From IMG/VR virus record IMGVR_UViG_3300047181_000007: a stretch of 64,000 nt of DNA; one strand, written 5' to 3'. Shown piece after piece: positions 1 to 9,649 of this stretch; positions within the stretch are counted from its first letter, which is position 1, and each line of letters begins with the position of its first letter. Origin of the DNA: an uncultured virus (IMG/VR IMGVR_UViG_3300047181_000007). Taxonomy: Duplodnaviria > Heunggongvirae > Uroviricota > Caudoviricetes. A program made the translations under genes and the position numbers. Below the pieces are notes generated by a model. That model did no database searches. It was not told the DNA's origin and worked only from the letters and a program-made list of their open reading frames with translations.

Positions 1-1
1 C

Positions 2-112
2 TATTGGGCAGCAGTCGATGCAGATAAAGCAGGTGCCCTTGTTATTGTAAAGGACAAAACACCTGAAATACACACAGAAGAACCCCAAAATGCGACAGCA
101 AGTGCCAAATAA
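2..112 (+). CDS. 3' end of a hypothetical protein (truncated by window start)
   Basis: Open frame YWAAVDADKAG...ATASAK ending at TAA 110-112. Confidence 0.5.
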   Translation, partial: YWAAVDADKAGALVIVKDKTPEIHTEEPQNATASAK

Positions 113-116
113 GCAC

Positions 117-147
117 TTGAAAGGGCTTTCAGTCTGAGTGGTATAAT
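117..147 (+). promoter_or_regulatory. Extended -10 promoter with TGAAA-N4-TTTCA inverted repeat
   Basis: TTGAAAgggcTTTCAGT...TGGTATAAT; same layout at 7998 and 18536. Confidence 0.65.
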
Positions 148-170
148 ATGCGTGAAAATGGAGAATGGCT

Positions 171-296
171 ATGTCGCAATATGAGATACTGAAGCTGATG
201 AAGTTATACTTGGCGGTGCTGGTAGTGTTAAGTGCTATGATAGTGGGGATATTGCTCTTTATATGTGGGTATTTATACATATTGGTGGGACAGTAG
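171..296 (+). CDS. Small single-TM membrane peptide (41 aa)
   Basis: MSQYEILKLMKLYLAVLVVLSAMIVGILLFICGYLYILVGQ; GGAG RBS upstream; below the ORF-track size cutoff. Confidence 0.5.
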   Translation: MSQYEILKLMKLYLAVLVVLSAMIVGILLFICGYLYILVGQ

Positions 297-302
297 GCAG
301 AT

Positions 303-413
303 ATGAAAGACTTCAATGTATCAGTATGGTGTTTGTTCTTTCTTGTGGTGCTTCTGTTATTAGCACTGGGTCTATTACTCAATTTATTTATGCCATTAGT
401 TTATATAGTGTGA
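303..413 (+). CDS. Small single-TM membrane peptide (36 aa)
   Basis: MKDFNVSVWCLFFLVVLLLLALGLLLNLFMPLVYIV. Confidence 0.4.
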   Translation: MKDFNVSVWCLFFLVVLLLLALGLLLNLFMPLVYIV

Positions 414-642
414 AAATGGATAATGGAGGTATACATTGTACCTAGGGCTAATCGTCTATAGTGTAGCAGCGTCCACGATCTGTCTATCCTATATGCTATA
501 TGAGCTTGTATTATATCGTTTGTCGTTCAGGTGGGATAGTTTGGGGTTGTGGATGGAGTGGCTAGAGCGTGAGGATCAGTGGGGGCGTACTTCTAGTCTT
601 ATTAGGCTTATTCCTAATCCTTTCCATAAAGAGATGAAATAG

Positions 643-1083
643 GTGGAAAGTATGGCAAATGTGATAGATATATTTAGAGGAGAGTACAGGTTCCTTAGCA
701 ACTTCTATCCAGCGAAAGTGCCATTTGAGGGGTTTATTTATCCTACAGTTGAACATGCATATCAAGCTGCTAAGACATTTAGCCAAATCGAGCGTGAGGT
801 AATACGTAGGTGCGATACGCCTGGTCAAGCTAAGCGAGTTGCCAAAGATATATCCCTGCGACTTGATTGGCGTGAGATAAGAATAGATGTAATGAAGTAT
901 CTGGTGAGAGAGAAGTTCTACTTACACAAGGAATTGCGGGAGAAGTTACTAGCTACTGGTGACGCTATGCTTATTGAGGGCAATACATGGGGAGATACAT
1001 TTTGGGGACAATGCGATGGGCAGGGCAAGAATCATCTAGGGCTAATTTTGATGAATGTCCGCAGTGAACTTATGAAATCGTAA
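643..1083 (+). CDS. NADAR/YbiA-family N-glycosidase
   Basis: Motifs FLSNFY, YPTVEHAYQAAK, LLATGDAMLIEGN-W-DTFWG, GKNHLG..LM.VR; start may be 652. Confidence 0.92.
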   Translation: MESMANVIDIFRGEYRFLSNFYPAKVPFEGFIYPTVEHAYQAAKTFSQIEREVIRRCDTPGQAKRVAKDISLRLDWREIRIDVMKYLVREKFYLHKELREKLLATGDAMLIEGNTWGDTFWGQCDGQGKNHLGLILMNVRSELMKS

Positions 1084-1097
1084 ATATGGAGGTTTAG

Positions 1098-1996
1098 ATG
1101 TACAGTAGCTTACCTGGTTACGAATTTGCCATGAAGTATAAGTATGAGCTGTATACTTTTGCTGGCGACCACCATCAGGCACACTACCAGAAAGACAATA
1201 TACAACTGGAAGTAAAGATTGATGGTGACAGGTTACTAGCCAGACTGTATACCTACGTCAAGCTAGTTAGATGTGAGATTGGTTGGTTCAGTCTCCCTAA
1301 CAGGAACTTTAGGATATTTGAGATACAGATAAGGAATATCCTAAATGCAACAGGAGAACAAGAATAATGGATACAAAGAGTGCTCTAGTTATGGGTGCAC
1401 TTGCTAGTCTAGCAAGTACAGATAAGACACCACACATGGTTGTGCCTATCAAATATAAAGTCAAGACTAAGCGCCCTAAGTCAATCAAGAAACCTGGGCA
1501 TGGTCGTCCTGCCAAAGGATATGACCCTATTACCAAAACGTGGATGAAATGAGTCGTATTCGGCATCCCGAAGTTCATCTGAAGCCTGGTCCTCTAATGC
1601 AAGCCTATCTGAATATGGTGCCTGAAGGTACTCAAGAGACTTGGCATGAATACCTAGCTGGTCTGTTTAGTATCTGGCAACGACATATACCATGGGCTAG
1701 TAATGGCTTGAAAGTGAGCCATGGCAAGTTGTGTGGAATAATAGTAAACCGATACGGAAAGGAGATTAGTGGTGGATAACCTAAATGATCTAGACGACAT
1801 ACGTGTAGTTGTATTACGAACTGTGGAGTTGACAATAGAGGAAGCTAATCCTACTGTCCTACTTGCCACAGTGCGCCAATTTCTACTTGACCGTGAAGTG
1901 AATCTATCTTCTATAATTATAATGATGGATGCAGACACAGATATGTGGTGTGCCAAGATCAGTTACTATCAAGGTGGCAAAGAGGCACTTCACTAA
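1098..1996 (+). other. Run of four small hypothetical CDS (about 1098-1367, 1367-1552, 1549-1779, 1769-1996)
   Basis: Abutting or overlapping ORFs with RBS-like GGAG; no recognisable family. Confidence 0.6.
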
Positions 1997-2223
1997 TGAC
2001 AATCACAACTGAGGGGCAATACGAGGCTGCCCTTGTCAAGCTCGATGTACTCATGGACAGACCCGAATTAGACGTAAAGTCTATGGAGAAGCTAGTCCAT
2101 CTTGCCGATCTTATCGAGGCTTATGAAGATATAGTCTACCCAATTGGCAATCCTAGTATATTCCAAAGGCTTCTCTATCGTGTACAACGTTTATATACCT
2201 TACTAAAACAAAATTTCCATTAG
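1996..2223 (+). CDS. Protein resembling the N-terminal part of HigA-type antitoxins, without the HTH domain
   Basis: ITTEGQYEAALVKLDVLM...LVHLADLIEAYEDIVYPI matches the I.te.eY..aL......L..Lie.YE..hypi pattern. Confidence 0.6.
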   Translation: MTITTEGQYEAALVKLDVLMDRPELDVKSMEKLVHLADLIEAYEDIVYPIGNPSIFQRLLYRVQRLYTLLKQNFH

Positions 2224-2274
2224 ATGGAATTTAGTAACTTCCTGCTACAGGAATCACGATTCCATTAGATGGAA
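2215..2274. repeat. Cluster of three 15-bp palindromes (2215, 2239 variant, 2260)
   Basis: TTCCATTAGATGGAA twice, flanking TTCCTGCTACAGGAA. Confidence 0.85.
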
Positions 2275-2284
2275 TAAGGAGTAA

Positions 2285-3486
2285 ATGATGACTGAACCGA
2301 TAATTGGGAAAGCTCTTACCTGGAATGAGTTAGCAGATATTTATGATACTGCTCATCCAAGTACTATCAGACCAGCAAGAACACTTAGAATGGAAACTGT
2401 GTTTGAGTGGGCTGAGAATCAAACAAATAAATTCCTTGTAGATAAAGAAGGAAGCATACATCAGATATTGGAGGATAGCTAATGTCACAATGGACACATG
2501 TAGTTGGAGCAATAAGGTTTGATGCTCTTATTACGGAAAGACATGAAGTTGAACTAACAGAAATTCGGATTCGGAATGTTCTCAATGCCAATGTTCCAAC
2601 AGGATCAGAGGGTCCAATTGAGTTTGGCTTTCTCAGGAGCGGTTATTTTGAAGCCAAGCCAGGACATCCGACTTGCTCATCATTAGACTTTGGTATTGCC
2701 TACTTTTGGGGTGATTTACGTGACTACGAAGATGTTGATGAAATTCAAGCATGGGTAACTGGAGCAGTTGCTACACTTCAAGGTCATGGTATTTGTGTTC
2801 GTCAAATGGTAGTTCAGGTCGATGTTGAATATCAGGCTACTCATTTCCTTTATGATGCAGTAAATAAGAACTTCGAGAAAATTATCAATAAACTTACCTT
2901 AGCCAGAGATACGGAGACATAATGCCTAAGCAACAAACACAAAGAGTACCGAAGGGTGGCAAGAATGTAGAACGTGGTGTGCGTTTACGTGCCAGAACTA
3001 TTTCAATGCGTCCCCACCATATCAAGCGCTCTCGTGAGCGTCATCTAAAGAATGCACTGCGTTCTTGTGGAGAGAAATTTGCTGAGCAGCTGCGTGTTCA
3101 TTACGCTAAGATTGGTATGCTGAATGTACCTAAGAAGCGTGAGCGTAGTCATGCCAAATGATATTGACTGGTACCAACTTGTTCTTACTGCTGGTGCAGC
3201 CATGCCCACTTGGAGTAATAGTGGGGTGTGGTGTATCGTTAGAGCAAATGAGATTTATATTCAACTGATCGGGAATATGGAGGAGGTATTTCTAAAAGTT
3301 ACAGACGAACATAATTTTCACTGGATACCATTCTTTAGGGTTCAGAAGCTATATAACTGTGGAGTAAACTACGGCTTTCAATTTGAACCCATTCTTTCAA
3401 GACACGACTTCAATGTCTGGAAAGATACTGTGGGCGGCTTATTTGAACGAGCCGCTTCAAACTTATCTGATTTACGGAGAAAATAA
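2285..3486 (+). other. Four hypothetical CDS (2285-2482, 2482-2922, 2922-3161, about 3151-3486)
   Basis: Tightly coupled ORFs (TAATG overlaps). Confidence 0.65.
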
Positions 3487-3487
3487 A

Positions 3488-3904
3488 ATGTCGTACCACA
3501 CGATCATACTTGTTGGGAACCTCGGACGTGACCCTGAAATGCGCTATACCCCCGCTGGTACAGCAGTCACCAACTTCAGTGTAGCTGTCAATGATAACTA
3601 TACTAACAATGCTGGTGAAAAGGTTGAGCGCACAATTTGGGTGCGTATAACCGCTTGGGGCAAACAGGCTGAGAACTGTAATCAGTACCTGAAGAAAGGC
3701 AAGAAAGTACTGGTCGAGGGACGCCTGATTGTTGACCCTGCTACTGGTGGTCCAAAGGTTTATGATAAGAATGACGGCACCAAAGGCGCCTCCTTTGAAG
3801 TGAGCGCCTCAACAGTACGCTTCTTATCAGCTCGCAGTGAAAGTGACACTGAAGCACCTGAAGAAGCTACCAGCGAATCTACCTCTGGTGATATTCCGTT
3901 CTAG
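3488..3904 (+). CDS. ssb: Single-stranded DNA-binding protein
   Basis: IILVGNLGRDPEMRYTP, AWGKQAENCNQYLKKGKKVLVEGRL, acidic tail ending DIPF. Confidence 0.96.
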   Translation: MSYHTIILVGNLGRDPEMRYTPAGTAVTNFSVAVNDNYTNNAGEKVERTIWVRITAWGKQAENCNQYLKKGKKVLVEGRLIVDPATGGPKVYDKNDGTKGASFEVSASTVRFLSARSESDTEAPEEATSESTSGDIPF

Positions 3905-3915
3905 GGAGATTGTAA

Positions 3916-4251
3916 ATGATTACTGAAACCGAAATCAATAATGCCTACAAAGAGTTAGCCTCATCTAAAGAAAACTATGAGCGGCTCCAGGCAACTGCAA
4001 TTGACTCCAAAACTCATCTTGATTCTCTGTTTGCCACTGAAGTAGCTGGTGGTATTATCAGTGGCAAGAATGACACTGAGCGTAAGGGTCAATTTGAGAA
4101 TCGCTATACTGATCTGGTGGATGCACTTCATACCCGCACTAACCTTGCTGATGAGGCAAAGTTAGAGTTGGACTTAGCTGGTATTGAAGTAAGCCGTGTT
4201 CAGGCACTTCTGCGTTTGGCTGAAGTGTTAGCTCAAACTGGCAAAGATTAG
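3916..4251 (+). CDS. Hypothetical coiled-coil protein
   Basis: 111-aa helical ORF with GKN..ER motif and RBS. Confidence 0.7.
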   Translation: MITETEINNAYKELASSKENYERLQATAIDSKTHLDSLFATEVAGGIISGKNDTERKGQFENRYTDLVDALHTRTNLADEAKLELDLAGIEVSRVQALLRLAEVLAQTGKD

Positions 4252-4286
4252 TATAGGCACGATTATAATAATCGTGTTTCGATAAA

Positions 4287-4311
4287 AGGGTGGGGTCAAA
4301 AGCCCCACCCT
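4287..4311. terminator. GC-rich hairpin, probable intrinsic terminator
   Basis: AGGGTGGGGT-caaaa-GCCCCACCCT with A-run before and T-rich tract after. Confidence 0.65.
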
Positions 4312-4465
4312 ATATATTTCAGAAAGGATATAAAGATGTATCTGCAATTCAATGATGGTTGTATTGTCGAGCTAAAGAGAGTGCCACTTCAAGACTCTGA
4401 GATTTGGATGGGTGGCGATCAAGTGCATGGTAGCTTTTATGTCGAGAAGCTGGACATAGATCAAG

Positions 4466-5041
4466 TTACTGGTCAGATTCTTCAGCAACCTGAGGAATAT
4501 CCTCCAATTGTGGTGGAGGAACCTCCTGAAACTCAGCCTCAATTACATCCTGATGGCGAGTAACATCTACCCTAATGCCAGTCTCGGTAGCAGAAATATC
4601 GAGGCTAGCAAAACGGGACTTTTGTGCATGAGTTTTAGGACCATGTTTGAGAAATGCATGAGCATCTTCTTCAATACCAGGAGCTGCGTGATAGGTCTTC
4701 TGAAGCTCAGCTACAATAACTCCTGCATATTTGTGCAAATCGAGGAAGTCTTTATCTTCCATAGCACCAGGATTCTTCAACTTGAACACAATATGCTGGA
4801 TGCCCTCCAAGTATGCAAGCTGAAGGTCAAGTAAACCAAGTTTCTCGCTTTCCATAATAAGACCACGCACATCTTCAACAAATTCGGGGTTCTGTTTGAC
4901 CCACTGTTGAAAGGTCTTAGGTACAATACCAACTTGACTGCAAGCCTCAACTTGTGTCATCTTTGGTTGCTGGAAGAGCAGTACAAGAACTTCAAAGAGT
5001 TGCGATTCCCGTCTTGCTTCAGTAATAGATAATTCAGTCAT
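4466..5041 (-). CDS. HTH protein, probable terminase small subunit
   Basis: N-terminal HTH MTQVEACSQVGIVPKTFQQWVKQNPEF, helical middle, acidic tail; only credible minus-strand gene in the early arm. Confidence 0.6.
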   Translation of the reverse strand: MTELSITEARRESQLFEVLVLLFQQPKMTQVEACSQVGIVPKTFQQWVKQNPEFVEDVRGLIMESEKLGLLDLQLAYLEGIQHIVFKLKNPGAMEDKDFLDLHKYAGVIVAELQKTYHAAPGIEEDAHAFLKHGPKTHAQKSRFASLDISATETGIRVDVTRHQDVIEAEFQEVPPPQLEDIPQVAEESDQ

Positions 5042-5048
5042 AACAATA

Positions 5049-5057
5049 ATTATAACA
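5049..5057 (-). promoter_or_regulatory. Extended -10 (TGTTATAAT) 7 nt before the ATG at 5041, suggesting a leaderless mRNA
   Basis: Reverse complement of ATTATAACA; no RBS before 5041. Confidence 0.5.
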
Positions 5058-5069
5058 TGGAGAGATAAG

Positions 5070-7978
5070 ATGAATGTCGAAGATATTTTGAACGTTCCCC
5101 CTGATTACCAGCCAAACTGTATAAACTGTGAACACTTTAGTGAATGTGCAGCACCCCTTGCGACCCTAATAGTATTTACTAAAGCCTTTGACAGAGTATC
5201 ACCACTAGCTATGCTAGGTGGACTCAAAGGAGAAGAACTTGCCAGTATGGTGATCGACACAATAGAAAAGGGAATGCTGGCGGTTGCAACTAAAGACGAT
5301 GGAAGTCTAGCTACAGATCGTATCCCTAAACTTATCAATATGCTGCGCTATTTCAACTTTCTGTCTGCCAGAGATAGTAGTAATGACAACAACTCACTAG
5401 AAGATATTCTAAGTCAACTGAAAGGAGATAACTAAAGTGTTTACCCATCCCAATATGGTAGTAGCTTCAATAATGTACCATTATATGCTTCAACCTGGAG
5501 ATGGAACCTTGTATCGCTTTGGGTTCTGTTACTATCCCCAAGATGAAGAGGAAAGCTATGTGCTGGACTCTGGTGCTGGCTATCCTGATTATGTAAAAGC
5601 ATATATCAATATGCCTGGTGGTGTTGGGCTTGGAGTAGTGCCACTGTTTCAACTCAAGTATTTTCCTGAACAAACTCACATGCTCAACTATTTGAGTGGG
5701 CAGGGATTCCATGACGTGTATCCGTATACCCTTGTTGCGGTACTGCTGGCACTCAAAGTGCTGGTAGAGAACCCACAAAATGTCCAGGCTGCATCTGAAG
5801 CTATGCTTGCAGCTCAAGAGATAATTATGAGTTTGAATAAGGAGAAATAACATGGATGATGCACCAGAATATATAAAGGAAGAACCTAAATTTGTTCTCT
5901 ATGAGGACTATAAATTGCTTCAGCAGCAACTAAATGATCTTGAAGCACGTGTTACCAAACTAGAAGGAATTTGTAGAAATCTTGGTGAGCAAGCCTTTGA
6001 TCTAAGTTATATGGAATAAGGAGTACAAGATGGGTAGAATGAAAGAGATTTATATAATGTTGCGTGATCTAGTCTACTCGCAATCTCTTCCAGATAAAGA
6101 GATAGTCCGTGTAATGCGGACTAAAGTACCAGAAGCGAGTGTGGACTGGCTGATGGAACAGATTGCGTTTGTCAAGGACAATCCACTCTGTCCTGACTGT
6201 AATATCTCTCTGAGCCACTTCAGTATTGAACAAGGAATCCCTGAGCACCTATATTGTCCGCATTGCATGAGAGCATTCCAACCAGACTTCCCCTATACAC
6301 AAATGGAGACATTCTAATGTGGAAAATCTATAAGCACGCTGTAACTGCCTATGTGTTCCTTGTTGAGCCCGATGGACATGAACACAAGATAACTACCGAT
6401 GGTGTTATTGAGACTGATTTCTACTATACTGTAGAAGATAGAGATGCAGACGGTATCACAAAGAAGGCTGCCTTTGATAAAGGCAACAACCATATCAAGC
6501 GCTTTTGGGTTTTCTCTGAAGCTGTAGCCAAATGCGCCATCCTGAACTCGTGAGGCTAAAATGGTTGATTATGATATGTCATTTCGTGCTGATAAACAAG
6601 CTGATCGTGACCCCGAAGATTCTCAAAAGCCACCTGAAACATTAGGAGAATGGCGCAAGATCGCTGTAGCTCTTTATGGAGAAGATTCAGGAGCTGTCAA
6701 GTTCTTAGATAATAAGATAAAAGAGCAAGGCGAGAGTGAGCATGTAATTGCTCACGAAACCCAGGTGTTATATCTGCTCAATCAATTACACCAGAGAGGA
6801 GAATAATGGATTACGGAGTTGGCACTAAAGCTCTGTTCAACAGTTTATCCGCAGGGCTGGTCAAGGTTGTAGTTATAGCAATTGCCAAGCGTGATCTAGG
6901 AGGCTTGGAGCTACGGCTACGAGTAACTGGACGAAAGCAACGCTATTTCCATTGTGGCTATACCTTTGAGGTTCCCGATGTTTGGGTAATCCCAAGAGCA
7001 GTGTTCCATAAGTCTCGTAAAGGACCATTCCGCTTTTGGACCGAACCTTATGCCTGGAAGGAAGAATAACATGTCTTGGAAAGTGTATGAGCACGAGGCA
7101 ACAACCTACATTGCTCCTGTAGTCCGTGGAGATACTGAGGTCTGTGAAACCTATTCAACGGATCTGTTCTGGACTATCGAGAATAGAGAAAAGAGTGTGT
7201 TCTTTGTATATCCATTCGAGACAGATAAATCTATTCCTAGTAGAATGGCTTTCAAGAGCACAGCTATTGAGACATGCGCCAAGCTAATTGCTAAAGAGAA
7301 AGGAGAATAAGATGGGAGGTTGCTCTGTACTTGCGAAAGGCAAGACACTTGATGATCTGAGTGATGACATCCAGCGCCTAACTAAAGAAGCGGACAAGAA
7401 ACATCTAGCACTGGATAATACCACTGAGGCAGTCTTCAATAAAGAGACTGGTATGTGGGAACAAGGTCTGCATTTCGATTCTACTCAATGGGGATAATCT
7501 TTAGAAAGGATACAAAATGAACCAAGTCGAGATTTATCAAGGGCTAAAGAAAGCTGTTGACTCTGAGATAGAGAGAGCCAAGCGCAATAATCTTCGCATG
7601 CGCCAGATCAAGAAATCCCTACGGCTAAAGCCAGATACTCTTCCTGACTTGCCTGATCTAGCTAGGTTGAATATATGGGGCTGGTTTGGTGAGCTTGATA
7701 TTACTATCACATTTCCATGGGACAGGGCACTAGCTGATGACTATATGATACAGCTTCAGCAACGTGGTTGGGAGAAACACGAATATGAGAACGACAATCG
7801 GGAATCTGATGGCGAGTACGGTTTTAGATTTCACAATCCAGCTTTGCCAATGGTAGCCTTAGAGATAAAGATGGCTGCTAAGAACGAGGGTTCAAAGTGC
7901 AAACTTGTTCAAATTGGAGAAGAGACTGTCATTCGCCCTAAGTATCAGGTTGTCTGTGAAGACTCATTGGCTATCTAA
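5070..7978 (+). other. Run of small hypothetical early CDS (5070-5435, 5437-5850, 6030-6317, 6317-6553, 6561-6806, 6806-7069, 7071-7310, 7312-7497, 7517-7978)
   Basis: Co-oriented ORFs, most with AGGAG/GGAG RBS; several carry CxxC motifs. Confidence 0.65.
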
Positions 7979-8026
7979 TTCCATTAGATGGAAACCATTG
8001 AAAACCTTTTCAGTTTATGATATAAT
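7979..8026 (+). promoter_or_regulatory. sigma70-type promoter with 15-bp palindrome just upstream and TGAAA-N4-TTTCA box over the -35
   Basis: TTCCATTAGATGGAA (7979-7993); TTGAAA-17 nt-TATAAT (7998-8026). Confidence 0.8.
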
Positions 8027-8048
8027 ATAGGTAACGGGAGATGTAGAA

Positions 8049-8213
8049 ATGAAGAAAATTGGGAGAAAAGTTCGCAAGGTCGAGATCAATAAAATGCCTC
8101 TTAGACCAACCGAGATGCCAATAAGCATTCCGAAACCACAAGAAGTTGGTGTAAGAGAGCCAGTTTATGTCCCACTAATACCACAAGAAAAGCCAATCGA
8201 AATAGCGAGGTAA
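8049..8213 (+). CDS. Small basic, Pro-rich peptide (54 aa)
   Basis: MKKIGRKVRKVEINKMPLRP...; GGGAG RBS; first ORF after the promoter. Confidence 0.6.
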   Translation: MKKIGRKVRKVEINKMPLRPTEMPISIPKPQEVGVREPVYVPLIPQEKPIEIAR

Positions 8214-8214
8214 C

Positions 8215-8829
8215 ATGCCTACCCTATTAGGGTTCAGAGCAAATACTCTAACCTTTGATGCGGATAGGAAACTACGCTTCTTTAGTCCAGCTCATCACGA
8301 TTTCGGTTGGAGTGAACGTGTAGTTTGGGCTGAGTGTCTCCGTTGCCCTAAGAACGCTAATGGTCATGTCGATATTCAAGAAGATTGTGAATGTGGTATC
8401 CACGCTACTTTAGACCCATCTGAGCTTGAGTATTATTCTAATCGTTATGGCTCTACTAATATCCCAATGTTAGTAGAAGCACTGGATAATGCTTGGATGC
8501 ACGAGCAGGGTATCACTGCTAGCGGTGTGGCTGTGGTGGCTGTAATCCATTATCCTAATCATGGAATGAGAAATGCAATAGATCGTGATTGGGATGTCCG
8601 TATCGAGTATGGCAAGAAAGAACTGGCATTGGGAATAGCTGCCAAGTGGTTTGATGTTCCCGTAATTGATTATGAAACTGCCGTATATATGGCAGAGATA
8701 AAGTGGAATGAATATGGGCAAGGTGAACCACCTTTCCCGTATCACCTTTATCTTGATTTATTCCACCTAACATATCCTGGCGACCATAGTAAAGATGTAT
8801 GGGTACCAAATAAAGGAAAAGGCGTATGA
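8215..8829 (+). CDS. Hypothetical protein with C..C / CECGIHA metal-binding motif
   Basis: GFR...AECLRC...DCECGIHAT. Confidence 0.7.
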   Translation: MPTLLGFRANTLTFDADRKLRFFSPAHHDFGWSERVVWAECLRCPKNANGHVDIQEDCECGIHATLDPSELEYYSNRYGSTNIPMLVEALDNAWMHEQGITASGVAVVAVIHYPNHGMRNAIDRDWDVRIEYGKKELALGIAAKWFDVPVIDYETAVYMAEIKWNEYGQGEPPFPYHLYLDLFHLTYPGDHSKDVWVPNKGKGV

Positions 8830-9638
8830 AAGACGTACTTCAGAGAGGCTGTGGCTGGAGAAAGGCTGGTGCTATATATGTCACCATCCCTCCAACAATG
8901 GAGTTTAAACCTCCGTATGATAAACTTCCAATCGACTGCTATCTGTTCTGCCCTGGTTGGGAAGTAGACCTGACTGAGCTAGGACTATCTGCCCAAGGTA
9001 TGCGTATCCTAGAGCGCCGAGATGCCTTTGGAAATGGCACTGGCATTTGGGATTTGTGGGACTTTGTAGGAAGTGAGAAAGGCTATCCATGGGTACCAGA
9101 CTTTGTAGAAGAAGCCCGTATTATGGGTACTTCTCGCCTATGTCCACAACCAGTCATCAAAAGCGATGAGTTCAAGAAGCTAGACCCAACGGTAAGCCAG
9201 CATATCTTTGTAAGCAATCGTGGCTTGCTGAATGATGAGTCTGCGGAGATTCTTCACAACAATCGCTATTTCAATCCCAATAATCCTACAGAACTCGCTA
9301 GTCCTTGTCCAATTGGCAATAAGCTCCATGATGAATTTCCAAACCAATTCTTTCAACCCTGCACTGGAATGCTTTGGGAATGTGTAGAGAACACCAAAGA
9401 GAGACAGGCGCATATAGTTCGGATGCCTCGTGATGTGAAGCCTCCAACTTTCGTTTATGATGCTGTCTCTGCTGCCAAAGAATGGAAGATTGGCTTCAAG
9501 GCAGCTGCGTTCATGGCACTGCCACTGAATATTACACTAGAAGTTATCACAGATACGCTTGACAAGAAGCATGAGAAAGCTATTCAAATGCTTCTCGATC
9601 TCGATATAAAATTCCCATGGGTAGAAATGCCAAAATAA
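8826..9638 (+). CDS. Hypothetical protein
   Basis: 270 aa; RGCGWRK.G.IY, DFVEEAR.MGTSR; ATGA overlap with the previous gene. Confidence 0.75.
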   Translation: MKDVLQRGCGWRKAGAIYVTIPPTMEFKPPYDKLPIDCYLFCPGWEVDLTELGLSAQGMRILERRDAFGNGTGIWDLWDFVGSEKGYPWVPDFVEEARIMGTSRLCPQPVIKSDEFKKLDPTVSQHIFVSNRGLLNDESAEILHNNRYFNPNNPTELASPCPIGNKLHDEFPNQFFQPCTGMLWECVENTKERQAHIVRMPRDVKPPTFVYDAVSAAKEWKIGFKAAAFMALPLNITLEVITDTLDKKHEKAIQMLLDLDIKFPWVEMPK

Positions 9639-9649
9639 AGGAGCATAAA

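Noticed and set aside
1540..1779. A third ORF ending ISGG (also GG ends at 29439 and 30676) as further ubiquitin-like proteins
   Set aside because: No similarity to the two paralogues and no partner gene; the GG probably comes from an overlapping RBS
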